The translations under genes were made by a program, and so were the position numbers. The notes under the pieces were generated by a model that made no database searches, had not been told where the DNA came from, and saw only the letters and a list, made by a program, of their open reading frames with translations. A stretch of 64,000 nucleotides of DNA from Nonlabens sp. (lineage in GTDB: Bacteria > Bacteroidota > Bacteroidia > Flavobacteriales > Flavobacteriaceae). This document shows positions 18,018 to 28,249 of this stretch, piece after piece. Numbering within the stretch: position 1 is the stretch's first letter; the number at the start of each line of letters is the position of its first letter. The stretch covers positions 12,329 to 76,328 of the forward strand of contig JBATVD010000039.1 of assembly GCA_049671565.1 (NCBI GenBank). The letters are read 5' to 3'.

Positions 18018-19190
18018 ATGAAGACTAAAAAGACTATAAAAATTGGTAATGAGAAAAAACTTTCATTCGGCTTTCATGCGTACAGAGTAAATGAAAAGAC
18101 AAAAGTTGTAAAGGATGAAGAGTCATTCCTTCCTAAACAAGACAATGATGGCGTACTTAATAAGTTTATTCATATAGGATATCCAAAAAGTGGCTCAACG
18201 GTTCTTCAAAATGGTTTTTTTGGCAAACACCCTGAAATACTTAACCTAGGTTGTGGAAATAGGAGTGATCAAACTTACTGGGATGATCTTGGATATATTT
18301 CTAGAGAAATCAACATCGCCATGGAGGTGGATTTGAGATACCGCAATTCCATCAGTTACAATGCAAAAAAGGTGAGGTCTAATTTTGAGAGCTATTTTGA
18401 ACAAGCAAAAAATTCAAACATCATTCGTACCGTAGGTATTTCTAACGAGAATTATAGTTTCCAATGGAACTACGGAATCGATATTGAAGAAAAAGCAAAG
18501 AGGTTAAAGGGTATTTTTGGTAGAGACACTAAAATTTTAGTTGTGTTGAGAGAGCAGATCGACTTGATAGCATCTTTATACAAAGAGCAAATAAGATTTG
18601 GTTATTCGGGCTCTATCAATGATTTTTTTAATTACCTATGGGATTATCAAGACAGGAGTGCCCTTCATGAATTTTGTTTTGACAAAGTAATTGATGTATA
18701 CGCGAGCTATTTCGGTAAGGAAAATATACATATTGTGCCCTTTGAATCCTTTAAAAAAGACAATGAAGTTTTTCTTAACAATATTGCTCGTGTGCTGGAT
18801 GTGGAAACAGATCTAATTACCAAAATTGAGACAATCTACAACCGCCAGCTCAGTGATCAGGCATTGGAGGTCAAAAAAATGATGAATGAACGATATAGTC
18901 ATTCTTTCGGTAATGGTTTTTACCAGGTGTTTGATAATCATAGGTACGTTCCCTATTTTACTGAAGAGTTAGGTAAGGAAGTTCCCCTTGAAGTTCACTT
19001 GGATTATCAGGTAAGACACCATTTGGTCAAGGCGGCAGAGAAAATAGCATCTTTGTCCAATGTGGAAAAAATTGATTTGAACATAGATAGCAACAATTTA
19101 AAACGCTTTTCTAAACTATTTAGTGAATCCAATAATAAGTTGGAAAAAGCTTATAAGCTAGATTTGAAACAATATAAATATTTATCGTGA
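18018..19190 (+). CDS. sulfotransferase domain protein
   Basis: 5'-PSB-like GYPKSGSTV and 3'-PB-like LREQIDLIAS. Confidence 0.65.
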   Translation: MKTKKTIKIGNEKKLSFGFHAYRVNEKTKVVKDEESFLPKQDNDGVLNKFIHIGYPKSGSTVLQNGFFGKHPEILNLGCGNRSDQTYWDDLGYISREINIAMEVDLRYRNSISYNAKKVRSNFESYFEQAKNSNIIRTVGISNENYSFQWNYGIDIEEKAKRLKGIFGRDTKILVVLREQIDLIASLYKEQIRFGYSGSINDFFNYLWDYQDRSALHEFCFDKVIDVYASYFGKENIHIVPFESFKKDNEVFLNNIARVLDVETDLITKIETIYNRQLSDQALEVKKMMNERYSHSFGNGFYQVFDNHRYVPYFTEELGKEVPLEVHLDYQVRHHLVKAAEKIASLSNVEKIDLNIDSNNLKRFSKLFSESNNKLEKAYKLDLKQYKYLS

Positions 19191-19876
19191 TGGGTAATAC
19201 TATTGCCATAATGCAACCCTATATTTTTCCCTACATAGGATACTTTCAGCTTATCAACTATGTTGATAAGTTCATATTTTATGATGATGTCACATTTATC
19301 AAGCAAGGCTGGATCAATAGAAACAAAATCACTATTAATGATAAGGAAGTTTTCTTCACGATTCCTCTATCCAATGCTAGTTCATATACCTTGATTCAGG
19401 ACATAAAGATCAACCAAAACTTGTTCAGCAAAGTCAAAAAGAAACTTTACAAAAGCATCAAGCAGTCCTACGGGAAAGCTCCGTTTTTCAATGAGGCATA
19501 TGAGATTATTGAAAAAACCTTTGAGCTAAATACAGATAGCATGAGCGAGATGGCAAAATATAGTGTTAAGCAGGTATCAGAATACCTTGAGCTAAATACT
19601 GAGTTTGCTAAAAGTCAAAACGCTTATGATAATTTAAGTTTAAGCGGTCAGGATAGGGTGATCGATATTGCAACTCAAGAAAAGGCAGTTCATTACGTGA
19701 ACCCAATAGGAGGAAAAGAATTATATAGTTCAGATATATTTCGCAAGAATAATCTGGATTTATCATTTATTAAAGTCAACGATAGTTTAGATAAAAAGCT
19801 TATAATTGATCTATTAATGAATCATAGTAAAGAACAGGTTAGAAGTATTTTGAATCAATATACAATTGTAAAATGA
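19187..19876 (+). CDS. WbqC-family protein
   Basis: The N-terminal MQPYIFPYIGYFQLI is the WbqC-family hallmark as I recall it. Confidence 0.65.
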   Translation: MMGNTIAIMQPYIFPYIGYFQLINYVDKFIFYDDVTFIKQGWINRNKITINDKEVFFTIPLSNASSYTLIQDIKINQNLFSKVKKKLYKSIKQSYGKAPFFNEAYEIIEKTFELNTDSMSEMAKYSVKQVSEYLELNTEFAKSQNAYDNLSLSGQDRVIDIATQEKAVHYVNPIGGKELYSSDIFRKNNLDLSFIKVNDSLDKKLIIDLLMNHSKEQVRSILNQYTIVK

Positions 19877-20874
19877 AAAAAGTTATTGTCTTAGGTGCTA
19901 CGGGTTCTCTGGGAACCTATTTTGTAGATTATTTGGTAGATCAAGGAGTTGAAGTTATTGCTTGTGGTAGAAAAACCGAGGTAAAAGATTACTATCAAAG
20001 CAGGAATATAGAATATATTTCTGTAGATATGACTAAGCAAGAAGACTTTGCCAAGCTTCCGCAAAAAGATGTTTCCGCTATTGTATTAATTTCAGGAGCC
20101 ATGCCATCTAGGATGGAAGGTTATAAGCCACACACTTATCTAGATGTAAATGTCATGGGGACATTAAATGTGTTAGAATTCGCTCGTAAGACCGGTGTAG
20201 AAAAATTTCTTTTTACACAATCCCACTCAGACGTTGCAGGTCACTGGAACACTGGAGAGGTGATTAAGCCAGACGCACCAAGAAGTTTGAATCTCAAAGG
20301 TGATCATGCAGTTTACATTATTTCTAAGAATACAGCAGTAGATTTAATTGAGCATTACAGACAAGACTACGGTCTCAAAACTTTCATTTTCAGACTACCT
20401 ACAATTTATCTCTACAGACCTATATTAGAAATGTTTGTGAATGGTAAAAATGTCCCAATTGGATATAGGTACTTTATGGATAAAGCAATGAAGTCAGAAC
20501 CTATTGAAATCTGGGGTGACCCTTCTGTTTCAAAAGATATTGTTTATGTTCAGGACTTTAATCAAATGCTCTATAAAGCTTTACAATCAAATCTGGACAA
20601 AGGTTTCTATAACGTGGCAAGAGGAGAGTCTGTTACCTTAGAAGATCAAATACGAGGCATAATCGAAGTGTTTTCACCAGACGACAATCCATCAGAAGTC
20701 ATATATAAGCCAGAGAAAAACAATCAGAATTCTTACCATTATGATATAAGTAATGCAGTAGAAGAGTTGGGCTATTCCCCAAAATTTGATTATTTGACCA
20801 TGTTAAAAGATATGGCCAAAGAAATGAAAGGAAGTCGATTTGAGCACCTTAAAAATTCTAATGTATCGATTTGA
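19873..20874 (+). CDS. NAD-dependent epimerase/dehydratase (extended SDR)
   Basis: Rossmann motif GATGSLG and catalytic YIISK (YxxxK). Confidence 0.75.
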   Translation: MKKVIVLGATGSLGTYFVDYLVDQGVEVIACGRKTEVKDYYQSRNIEYISVDMTKQEDFAKLPQKDVSAIVLISGAMPSRMEGYKPHTYLDVNVMGTLNVLEFARKTGVEKFLFTQSHSDVAGHWNTGEVIKPDAPRSLNLKGDHAVYIISKNTAVDLIEHYRQDYGLKTFIFRLPTIYLYRPILEMFVNGKNVPIGYRYFMDKAMKSEPIEIWGDPSVSKDIVYVQDFNQMLYKALQSNLDKGFYNVARGESVTLEDQIRGIIEVFSPDDNPSEVIYKPEKNNQNSYHYDISNAVEELGYSPKFDYLTMLKDMAKEMKGSRFEHLKNSNVSI

Positions 20875-21851
20875 TGAATGGTACAGTTACTGAAAAACCA
20901 TTAGTAAGCATATCTTGTATAACATTTAATCACGCACAATATATAGAGAAGGCGATTAACGGCTTTTTAATGCAAAAGACCGACTTTGCATTTGAAGTAC
21001 TCATTCACGATGATGCATCTACAGATGGTACTGAAGAAATTATAAGGGAATTTGAGCAAAAATTCCCTTCCATTATAAAGCCTCTCTACGAAGAAACAAA
21101 TCAATGGGTAAAAGGTAGAAAAGGGTCTGTTGTGTTCAATTTTCCAAGAGCTCAAGGAAAATACATGGCTCTGTGCGAGGGTGATGATTACTGGACAGAT
21201 CCATTTAAGTTACAAAAACAAGTGGACTTTTTAGAAAGGAATCCAGAGTTTGGATTGTGTTTTCATAAAGTAAGCCTGATACATCCTGATGGGGCTATTA
21301 CAGATGACTATAAAACCAAAGTTCCAGAACACTATCAAACCCATTCAGACTTAGCAGAAAAAGGTAATTATATTCAAACACCTTCTGTGATGTTTAGAAA
21401 AGAATATTTGTTATCAACTGAAGAAGCTAACCTAAGTCCGCTAGGAGATCTATTCATGTACATGATTGTTACCAGAAACAGCAAAATAGGTTATATAGAA
21501 GACACCATGGCAGTTTATAGGATTGGTTCTGGAATCTGGAGTGTTCAGAATGATTATGAAAGGAATATCAAAACCGCCCTGACTTTTGCGCTACTTATCA
21601 AAACAAGATTGTTTACTAGAGAAATTAATGACATACTCAACGCTAGAATTTTAAATATCATAACTAGATTTATTGATCAATTAAAATCAACTGATTTGGA
21701 AAAGCTGAGTATTGTACCAAAAGTCACCGAACAAATATTTGCGAAGCTCCTGTCTGAAATAGAGCTCCACAAAAATAGAACCAATCTGCCTTTTAAGGTT
21801 CAATTGAAGCGATATGCGAATTCAAAATTGAAGTCAATGGGTTTAAAATAG
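20871..21851 (+). CDS. glycosyltransferase family 2
   Basis: Motifs SCITFNHAQYI...HDDASTDGT and CEGDDYWTDPFKLQKQVDFL (DxD region). Confidence 0.8.
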   Translation: MMNGTVTEKPLVSISCITFNHAQYIEKAINGFLMQKTDFAFEVLIHDDASTDGTEEIIREFEQKFPSIIKPLYEETNQWVKGRKGSVVFNFPRAQGKYMALCEGDDYWTDPFKLQKQVDFLERNPEFGLCFHKVSLIHPDGAITDDYKTKVPEHYQTHSDLAEKGNYIQTPSVMFRKEYLLSTEEANLSPLGDLFMYMIVTRNSKIGYIEDTMAVYRIGSGIWSVQNDYERNIKTALTFALLIKTRLFTREINDILNARILNIITRFIDQLKSTDLEKLSIVPKVTEQIFAKLLSEIELHKNRTNLPFKVQLKRYANSKLKSMGLK

Positions 21852-21926
21852 GCAAGCTTGTTAAAGTCGAGAATAACCATTGTCTTTCTATTCTTTAATT
21901 AATTCAAACTGCCTTACATTAGTTTC

Positions 21927-21940
21927 GCTTTCGCGAAAGC
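21927..21940. repeat. iterated palindrome copy (14-bp core; flanks TTTC/AAA give an imperfect extension), intergenic
   Basis: Read directly. Confidence 0.9.
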
Positions 21941-22118
21941 AAATGATCTAAATCTTTTAAACCAGTCAAAAAAAAAATCAAAGTTTATAGGTTTGTCGTT
22001 TTACTTTGAACGAGATATTTTAGTAATTGTGAGAAAAATTAATACGTACTTCTGGATAAAGTAAGAAAAGCGAGTTATGACCTGTAAGTTGTAATCAAAA
22101 CCTGCTCAATCATGATTT

Positions 22119-23000
22119 ATGACGTTTAAAAAAGATGATCTAATTCAACCTCTACTTACTGTTTGTATAGTGACCTATAATCATGAAGCATATATTAAGC
22201 AGTGTCTTGAAAGTGTGCTGGCGCAACAAACCAGTTTTAAATATGTAATACATGTGGGAGAGGAGGATGGTCCAGATGGGACTCGAGATATTGTTGAGAA
22301 ATATACAGACAAATATCCAGATAAAATCAAGTTGTTCAAGTGGTTGAAAAAAGATAAGATACTCGTGAATGGACTTTCTACAGGTAGATATAATTTTAAG
22401 GAAACACTGAAAAGCGCCAGATCCAAATATGTTGCATATTGTGATGGAGACGATTACTGGACAGATCCTCTCAAACTTCAAAAGCAAGTGGATTTCTTAG
22501 AGGCGCACCCAGATTTTGCAATGTGTTTTCATAATGTAGACATTTTTGACCAGGATAAAAAGGAAGTCTTCTCAAATACATCCACGAGGGAAGTTGCTTC
22601 TGCTACTGATAGTATGGAGCTCGCAAAAGGAAACTATATTCATGCAGCATCCATTGTCCTCAGGAACGATTTTACTTTTCCAGAATGGTTCAATCTAGTA
22701 TACCTTGGGGATTGGGCATTTTATATGCTACAGGTGAAAAATAGGAAGATTAAAAAGTTTCATGAAGTAATGGCTGTGTATAGGATTCACAGTTCTGGAA
22801 TCTGGGCAAAACAGAACCGTAAACTCAGAATAAGACATACCGTAGAAAGTATGGAGATCGTACTCGAGCACTTGGAAAATTCCCCACAGGTAGAGCACGC
22901 CCTTACACAAACGATTCGTAAATTGCGTTCACAACTAGAAACTGACCAGAAAATAGGTCTGATCCAAAGAATTAAGAAAAAGCTTAAACTTCTGTTATGA
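22119..23000 (+). CDS. glycosyltransferase family 2 (paralog of 20871..21851)
   Basis: The motif CDGDDYWTDPLKLQKQVDFLE is nearly identical to the same block in the neighbouring GT2. Confidence 0.8.
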   Translation: MTFKKDDLIQPLLTVCIVTYNHEAYIKQCLESVLAQQTSFKYVIHVGEEDGPDGTRDIVEKYTDKYPDKIKLFKWLKKDKILVNGLSTGRYNFKETLKSARSKYVAYCDGDDYWTDPLKLQKQVDFLEAHPDFAMCFHNVDIFDQDKKEVFSNTSTREVASATDSMELAKGNYIHAASIVLRNDFTFPEWFNLVYLGDWAFYMLQVKNRKIKKFHEVMAVYRIHSSGIWAKQNRKLRIRHTVESMEIVLEHLENSPQVEHALTQTIRKLRSQLETDQKIGLIQRIKKKLKLLL

Positions 23001-23878
23001 AATCACTGGTTTCCGTTTGTCTACCTATGTATAACGGATCACAGTTCCTCAAAGAAGCTTTAGACTCCATTGGGGCACAAACTTATCCTAATATGGAGCT
23101 CATTGTTAGTGATGATGCTTCTAGCGATCATGGTCTTGAGATTGTTTCTCGCTTTCGCGAAAGCGTCACCTTTCCCGTTAAGATTTTTAAACATACACCA
23201 CAGGGAATAGGGGCAAACTGGAATCATTGCCTAGAAAAAGCAAGCGGCATTTATATCAAATACGTATTCCAAGATGATATTTTAGAGCCCACTTGTATAG
23301 AGGAAATGGTTGGGGCATTAGAAAACAATTCTCGCCTGGGCTTAATATCTTGTAAACGCTCTATAATTGTTGAAGAAGGCTCTGACCCACTTAAAATTCA
23401 AGAGTGGAAGTCAAAATATGGTAACCTTCAAAAGCAGCTTGAACCTAATTATTTTAAAGATGTCTTATTAACCAAAGATGTTTTTAAGCGTAAGGATTTT
23501 TTCAAAACTCCGCTCAATAAAATAGGAGAACCCAGCTTAGTACTTTTTAGGAAGTCTATCGTGGAGGAAGTGGGATATTTTAATGAGGATTTGAAACAAG
23601 ATTTGGACTATGAGTTTTGGTATAGGATTTTAAGAAAATATGATATTTTGATTTTGGGCCGGGAACTAGCCAGTTTTAGGATTCACTTAAATCAAGCGAC
23701 TAGTGTCAATGAACTTGAAGGAGCTGATGATTCAGACGCTTTTGCCCAAATCTTATACAATGACTTTCTACCTTACCTACACACAGATAAACAGAAAGAG
23801 CTTAAATTAAAATTCGATCCTTTTTTTAAGTGGAAGTTCAGGCTGAAACAAAGGTTAGGTAAGCTCGTCAAAAAATGA
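22997..23878 (+). CDS. glycosyltransferase family 2
   Basis: Motifs VCLPMYNGSQFL...SDDASSD and QDDI. It contains a palindrome copy that reads SRFRES. Confidence 0.8.
   Translation: MKSLVSVCLPMYNGSQFLKEALDSIGAQTYPNMELIVSDDASSDHGLEIVSRFRESVTFPVKIFKHTPQGIGANWNHCLEKASGIYIKYVFQDDILEPTCIEEMVGALENNSRLGLISCKRSIIVEEGSDPLKIQEWKSKYGNLQKQLEPNYFKDVLLTKDVFKRKDFFKTPLNKIGEPSLVLFRKSIVEEVGYFNEDLKQDLDYEFWYRILRKYDILILGRELASFRIHLNQATSVNELEGADDSDAFAQILYNDFLPYLHTDKQKELKLKFDPFFKWKFRLKQRLGKLVKK
23150..23165. repeat. iterated palindrome copy (16 bp CGCTTTCGCGAAAGCG) inside a GT2 CDS, codon phase 0
   Basis: Read directly; the codons are cgc ttt cgc gaa agc. Confidence 0.95.
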
Positions 23879-23899
23879 TTTCTAAAAAGAAGCATTCTC

Positions 23900-24790
23900 A
23901 TGATCATGAATGGTGACCGCATTTATATATTGATTCTCAACTACAACTCCTCTCAAGAGGTGATCAGGTTATACAATTCATTGAAAGTTGATTCCAGGGA
24001 AGAATACGTTTTTTTGATCATAGATAATTTGTCACCCCAGCCAGACCGGGAGCAATTAAAAAAAGCTATTCCTGATGAATGCCTTCTTTTGTTAAATACA
24101 AACGATGGCTACGCCTCGGGAAATAATGCTGGTATAAAACAAGCTATGAATAATGGGGCAACCCACATTTTAATATTAAATCCAGATATTGAAATAGCTG
24201 CAACAATCATTCATGATTTATATATACGCTTCAAATCGCTTGAAAAAACAGCTGCCCTAGGAACCAGGATATGTGATTCAGAAAACCCTGATATAATTTA
24301 TTCTGACGGTGGGATCATAAATAAAGAAAAAGGTTTTTCTACAAAACATCATAATGGCAAAAAGCTAACAAGTGAGGTTTCTGAGACTGGGTTACGAGAG
24401 GTAGATTATGTAAATGGGAGCGTCCTATTTACAAGTGTGGCAGTACTGCAGGATGTAGGACTCTTAGAGGAGTCTTTCTTTATGTATTTTGAGGAGACCG
24501 AGTGGTGTTTGAGAGCAAAGGAAAAGGGCTACAAATTGCTGGTAGATACAGATTTAACGGCCTACCACAAGCCGAGTTCAAAAAATACCCGTTATCAATT
24601 TTTAATGATTAGAAATAGGCTCTGGCTTGCCAAAAAATATCCAAAGTATTACCCAAAAGCAAAAAAAGTAGTTTTCCGTAAACTTAAGAAGGAGTCAATG
24701 AAAAAGCTAAAACGATTCCAACTACCCGGAAAAAATACCAGAGCAAAAATTAAAGGCTACCTGTATGGAGTCTATACCTCGCAGTCATGA
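23900..24790 (+). CDS. glycosyltransferase family 2 (rhamnosyltransferase-like subgroup)
   Basis: Motifs ILILNYNSS, IIDNLS and NDGYASGNN, with FMYFEETEWCLRA in the C-terminal half. Confidence 0.75.
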   Translation: MIMNGDRIYILILNYNSSQEVIRLYNSLKVDSREEYVFLIIDNLSPQPDREQLKKAIPDECLLLLNTNDGYASGNNAGIKQAMNNGATHILILNPDIEIAATIIHDLYIRFKSLEKTAALGTRICDSENPDIIYSDGGIINKEKGFSTKHHNGKKLTSEVSETGLREVDYVNGSVLFTSVAVLQDVGLLEESFFMYFEETEWCLRAKEKGYKLLVDTDLTAYHKPSSKNTRYQFLMIRNRLWLAKKYPKYYPKAKKVVFRKLKKESMKKLKRFQLPGKNTRAKIKGYLYGVYTSQS

Positions 24791-25827
24791 TCAAAGATGT
24801 ATTAATTCCCGCAGCGGCATCTGACAATAGTTTTTTTGAGGAAATTATAAATAATTCTCAATCTACACGATATCATTTCGGCTCCTTGGAGTCTGATATT
24901 TCAAAATTTAATGCTGTACTGATTCATTGGCCAGAGCAGTTGTTTGAATGGCAAGAACCTACAAATACTCAATTGGAGCAATTGGCTAGCGTATTGGGAA
25001 ATTGGTCATCGCGAGTACCTATTGTTCATGTAGTCCATAATCTGGCTCCTCATATCGGAACTAGTATTAAGTTCAGAAACCTGTATGAGCTGGTGTATAC
25101 AAATGCCACTACTATAATTCATTTAGGTACTTATAGTAAAAATCTTATGGAGGTGAAATATCCAGCCGCTGAGCATGTTGTCATAGAGCATCCTCTTTAT
25201 TCCAGTACCATGAGGGTTCGAGATAAATTTGAGGCGAGGAAACTTCTGGAGATTGATGAGGAACAATTCGTAGTTATAGTTCCGGGCACAGTCAGAAGCA
25301 TAGAAGAGAGAAAGATTATATTGAACTCTTTCAATGCTATAAATTGTAAGAATAAATTACTAATAGCCCCTAGAATGCTTTTTAAGCGTTTGAAGCCATT
25401 TTCAGGGTACTATAAAATAAAAAAGCTCTTTCCTATAGATCGTGTGTACGATTACTTTGCGAACAAACGATATGTGGGGAGTTATAGATTTAATAGTCGT
25501 TTTATAGACAGCGATAGCTTGTCTCAATTAATGTCTGCTTCTGATGTTGTATTAGTACCGAGATTTAATAATTTGAATTCTGGAATTATCTATTTAGGTT
25601 TGACGTTTTGTAAATTGATAGTAGGTCCGGATAACGGAAATAATTCTGAACTCTTGGAACGACATGATATGTTAAGTTACAATGTGGAAAAGCCAATTGA
25701 AGTGGCTCAAAAATTAAATCAAGCCTATAAACAGCATCGTGACTTTAGCTTAACTGATGGTGAGATAGATTATCTAAGACCCGAAAACATCGCTCTGAAA
25801 TGGGATCGTCTTTTTAGCAAGGTTTGA
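24787..25827 (+). CDS. hypothetical protein, possibly a GT-B-fold glycosyltransferase
   Basis: 346-aa ORF with a 4-nt overlap onto the upstream gene. The C-terminal half (VVLVPRFNNLNSGIIYLGLTFCKLIVGP) only loosely resembles a GT1/GT4 donor-binding domain, and I recognise no firm motif. Confidence 0.35.
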   Translation: MIKDVLIPAAASDNSFFEEIINNSQSTRYHFGSLESDISKFNAVLIHWPEQLFEWQEPTNTQLEQLASVLGNWSSRVPIVHVVHNLAPHIGTSIKFRNLYELVYTNATTIIHLGTYSKNLMEVKYPAAEHVVIEHPLYSSTMRVRDKFEARKLLEIDEEQFVVIVPGTVRSIEERKIILNSFNAINCKNKLLIAPRMLFKRLKPFSGYYKIKKLFPIDRVYDYFANKRYVGSYRFNSRFIDSDSLSQLMSASDVVLVPRFNNLNSGIIYLGLTFCKLIVGPDNGNNSELLERHDMLSYNVEKPIEVAQKLNQAYKQHRDFSLTDGEIDYLRPENIALKWDRLFSKV

Positions 25828-26118
25828 ATTTAGATTCAGGTAGGTGTATATCAAACAGAACTTACATCTACATCAACATATTCATTTAGACAGAGGGCTC
25901 AGTATTGTTTTCTGTAATAGGAGTTTTGCTTGTTATTATATTTAATTTTTAACCTGTATCTGTTATTAAAGCTACTCAATTTTCTGCAAAACGTCATGTA
26001 AAGTATTGACTTCGAGATATCAGCCATCAGTGACTACGGTTGTTTATAATTATCAAATAGTATTTTATTAATCAGGTATTAAGAATAGATAAGATCAGAT
26101 TATAAGTGCTCAGATTTG

Positions 26119-26126
26119 TATTTTTG
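26119..26126 (+). promoter_or_regulatory. -7 box (TATTTTTG) after a 319-bp gap inside the locus
   Basis: Matches TAnnTTTG and lies 20 nt upstream of the ATG at 26147. Confidence 0.4.
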
Positions 26127-26146
26127 CAGATCAATCATCTAATAAT

Positions 26147-27061
26147 ATGGATCCTTTAGTCTCTGTGATAATTCCTACCTTCAACGACTGGGATAGATTA
26201 AAGCTCTGCTTAAATGCTCTAGAAAAACAAACGTTCTCTATAAAGGATACAGAGATATTAGTTGTAAATAACAGCATAGATGATGATTGTCCTTACCAGT
26301 TAGACTCTAATGTAAGGTTACTAAGAGAGGTGACGCCAGGGTCTTATGCGGCTAGAAATAGGGCGCTAGGGGTTGCAAAGGGTAATATTTTGGGATTTAC
26401 TGATTCAGATTGTATTCCCAATGAAAATTGGATCAAATCAGGTGTTGATAAATTCAAACAGATTAATGAAGAATTCAAGGTAGTTTCAGGAAACATAAAT
26501 TTGTTTTATAGTAGTGAAAATCCATCTACCCTTGCAGAGCACTATGAGGCTCAATTTGGTTTCAGACATTTAGAGAAAAAAACTTCTAGAACAAAAACCT
26601 TTGTTACCGCAAATGTTTTTATTTCTAAAAACGTGTTTGATAGGGTAGGGTTATTCAATGAAAAGTTGTTTTCTGGTGGCGATTCAGATTTAGCCAAGCG
26701 AATTAAAAACAGCAAGATCAATATTCACTATTGTGAGCAGTGCTTGATTGAACATCCGGCGAGGAAGAATTTCAAGGATTTACTGAATAAAAGAGTCAGA
26801 ATCTTTGGAGGGAAGATTAAGAACAAGGCGTTGAGTCAAAATATTAAAATAAGCGGGTTTAATAAACCTTATTTAAATATCATTTGGAAAGAATTAAAAC
26901 AACAGAAAAAAAAATGGAAAGCAGATCGGTATCGAGCAAAACATGAAACTAAGCCCAAGGTAGAATCTACTAAGGTGATTAAGGCTCTTAATTTGATTTT
27001 TATAGGTATAGTTAAAGAGGCACTACATTTATCTATTTCCAGTAGATTTAAAAGAGAATAA
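26147..27061 (+). CDS. glycosyltransferase family 2
   Basis: Motifs VSVIIPTFND, ARNRALG and FTDSDC (DxD). Confidence 0.8.
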   Translation: MDPLVSVIIPTFNDWDRLKLCLNALEKQTFSIKDTEILVVNNSIDDDCPYQLDSNVRLLREVTPGSYAARNRALGVAKGNILGFTDSDCIPNENWIKSGVDKFKQINEEFKVVSGNINLFYSSENPSTLAEHYEAQFGFRHLEKKTSRTKTFVTANVFISKNVFDRVGLFNEKLFSGGDSDLAKRIKNSKINIHYCEQCLIEHPARKNFKDLLNKRVRIFGGKIKNKALSQNIKISGFNKPYLNIIWKELKQQKKKWKADRYRAKHETKPKVESTKVIKALNLIFIGIVKEALHLSISSRFKRE

Positions 27062-28243
27062 ATGAAATTAAACGTTTTGATATATTCTACTGTTTCGCCT
27101 TTTGAAAATAGAAGTCATGGTGGCGCAGAAACTTCTTTAAAGTTGCTCGGAGAGTCTCTGAGTAAAATTGGAGTTAATGTCGTTTATGTTACAGCTTCTT
27201 CAAAAAGGAGATTTAATACTTTATCTTATTCCCAAAAGGATAAATTAAAAGTGGTCACTTTGCATAATAGCATTTTGCCGCTAACAAATTTTCATAAAAT
27301 TAGATGTTTAATAAAGAAAATCAATGATCGTATTTTTGATAAAAATGTTCGCAAAATAATTGCGAACCATCAAATTACAACGGTATATACTTATTATGAA
27401 TTAGATGCGTGTCAACATTTTATCAAGTTGAAAGCAGAGCTGGGTTTCAAATATGTGGTTCGTATAGCGGGTATGCGCTGGGCAAACCAAATACAGAATA
27501 ATCCTGATCTTAAAGTCAATTTTGAGAATATCTTTAATTACGCTGATGGTTTGAATTTTATATCAGAGGGTCTAGTAAAAATTTTTAACAAAGAAGTATT
27601 CAGGCTAAATATGAATGTCATCCCAAAACAAAGCTTAGTGATGGATATAGGTGTGAGAAGCGATTTATTACGGAATAAGCACTGTGAACATTCAGATACT
27701 AATGGAAATATTTTCAATCTATTAATGGCTTCCAGACTTTCTTCACAACAAAAGAGGCAAGATATTTTAGTGAAGGCTATCAGCATTTTGCCTAAAAACT
27801 TCTCTTGCAAGTTATATCTAGTGGGAGATGGACCCGAAAGAAATTCCATTAAAAAATTGATTCAAGATTTGTCTATTGAGAACAAAGTTGAACTAATACC
27901 ATTTATGCCACAAGAGGATTTGTGGGGTTTAATGAAAGAAACTGATTTGCTATGTCATTCCTGTGATTACGAGGGTCTTAGTAAGGTTATTATTGAGAGT
28001 ATGGGTATGGGATTGCCGGTCTTGGCATCTAACGTACTGCCCCTAAATATGTATATCATTGATGGGAAAAATTCATACTTAGTAGACAACGATCCTCGAA
28101 AATGGGCTGATAAAATTTATCAGTTGTATTCAAATAAAGATCACCTTACAGAGGTAGGTACTAACGCTAAAGAATTTGTGAACAATCAATTTAACGCAAA
28201 GAAGAACGTACATAAATATGTTGATTTTTTTCAAAACTTATAA
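27062..28243 (+). CDS. glycosyltransferase family 4 (GT-B, group 1)
   Basis: The C-terminal motif EGLSKVIIESMGMGLPVLASN is of the EX7E type. Confidence 0.8.
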   Translation: MKLNVLIYSTVSPFENRSHGGAETSLKLLGESLSKIGVNVVYVTASSKRRFNTLSYSQKDKLKVVTLHNSILPLTNFHKIRCLIKKINDRIFDKNVRKIIANHQITTVYTYYELDACQHFIKLKAELGFKYVVRIAGMRWANQIQNNPDLKVNFENIFNYADGLNFISEGLVKIFNKEVFRLNMNVIPKQSLVMDIGVRSDLLRNKHCEHSDTNGNIFNLLMASRLSSQQKRQDILVKAISILPKNFSCKLYLVGDGPERNSIKKLIQDLSIENKVELIPFMPQEDLWGLMKETDLLCHSCDYEGLSKVIIESMGMGLPVLASNVLPLNMYIIDGKNSYLVDNDPRKWADKIYQLYSNKDHLTEVGTNAKEFVNNQFNAKKNVHKYVDFFQNL

Positions 28244-28249
28244 ATAGGC

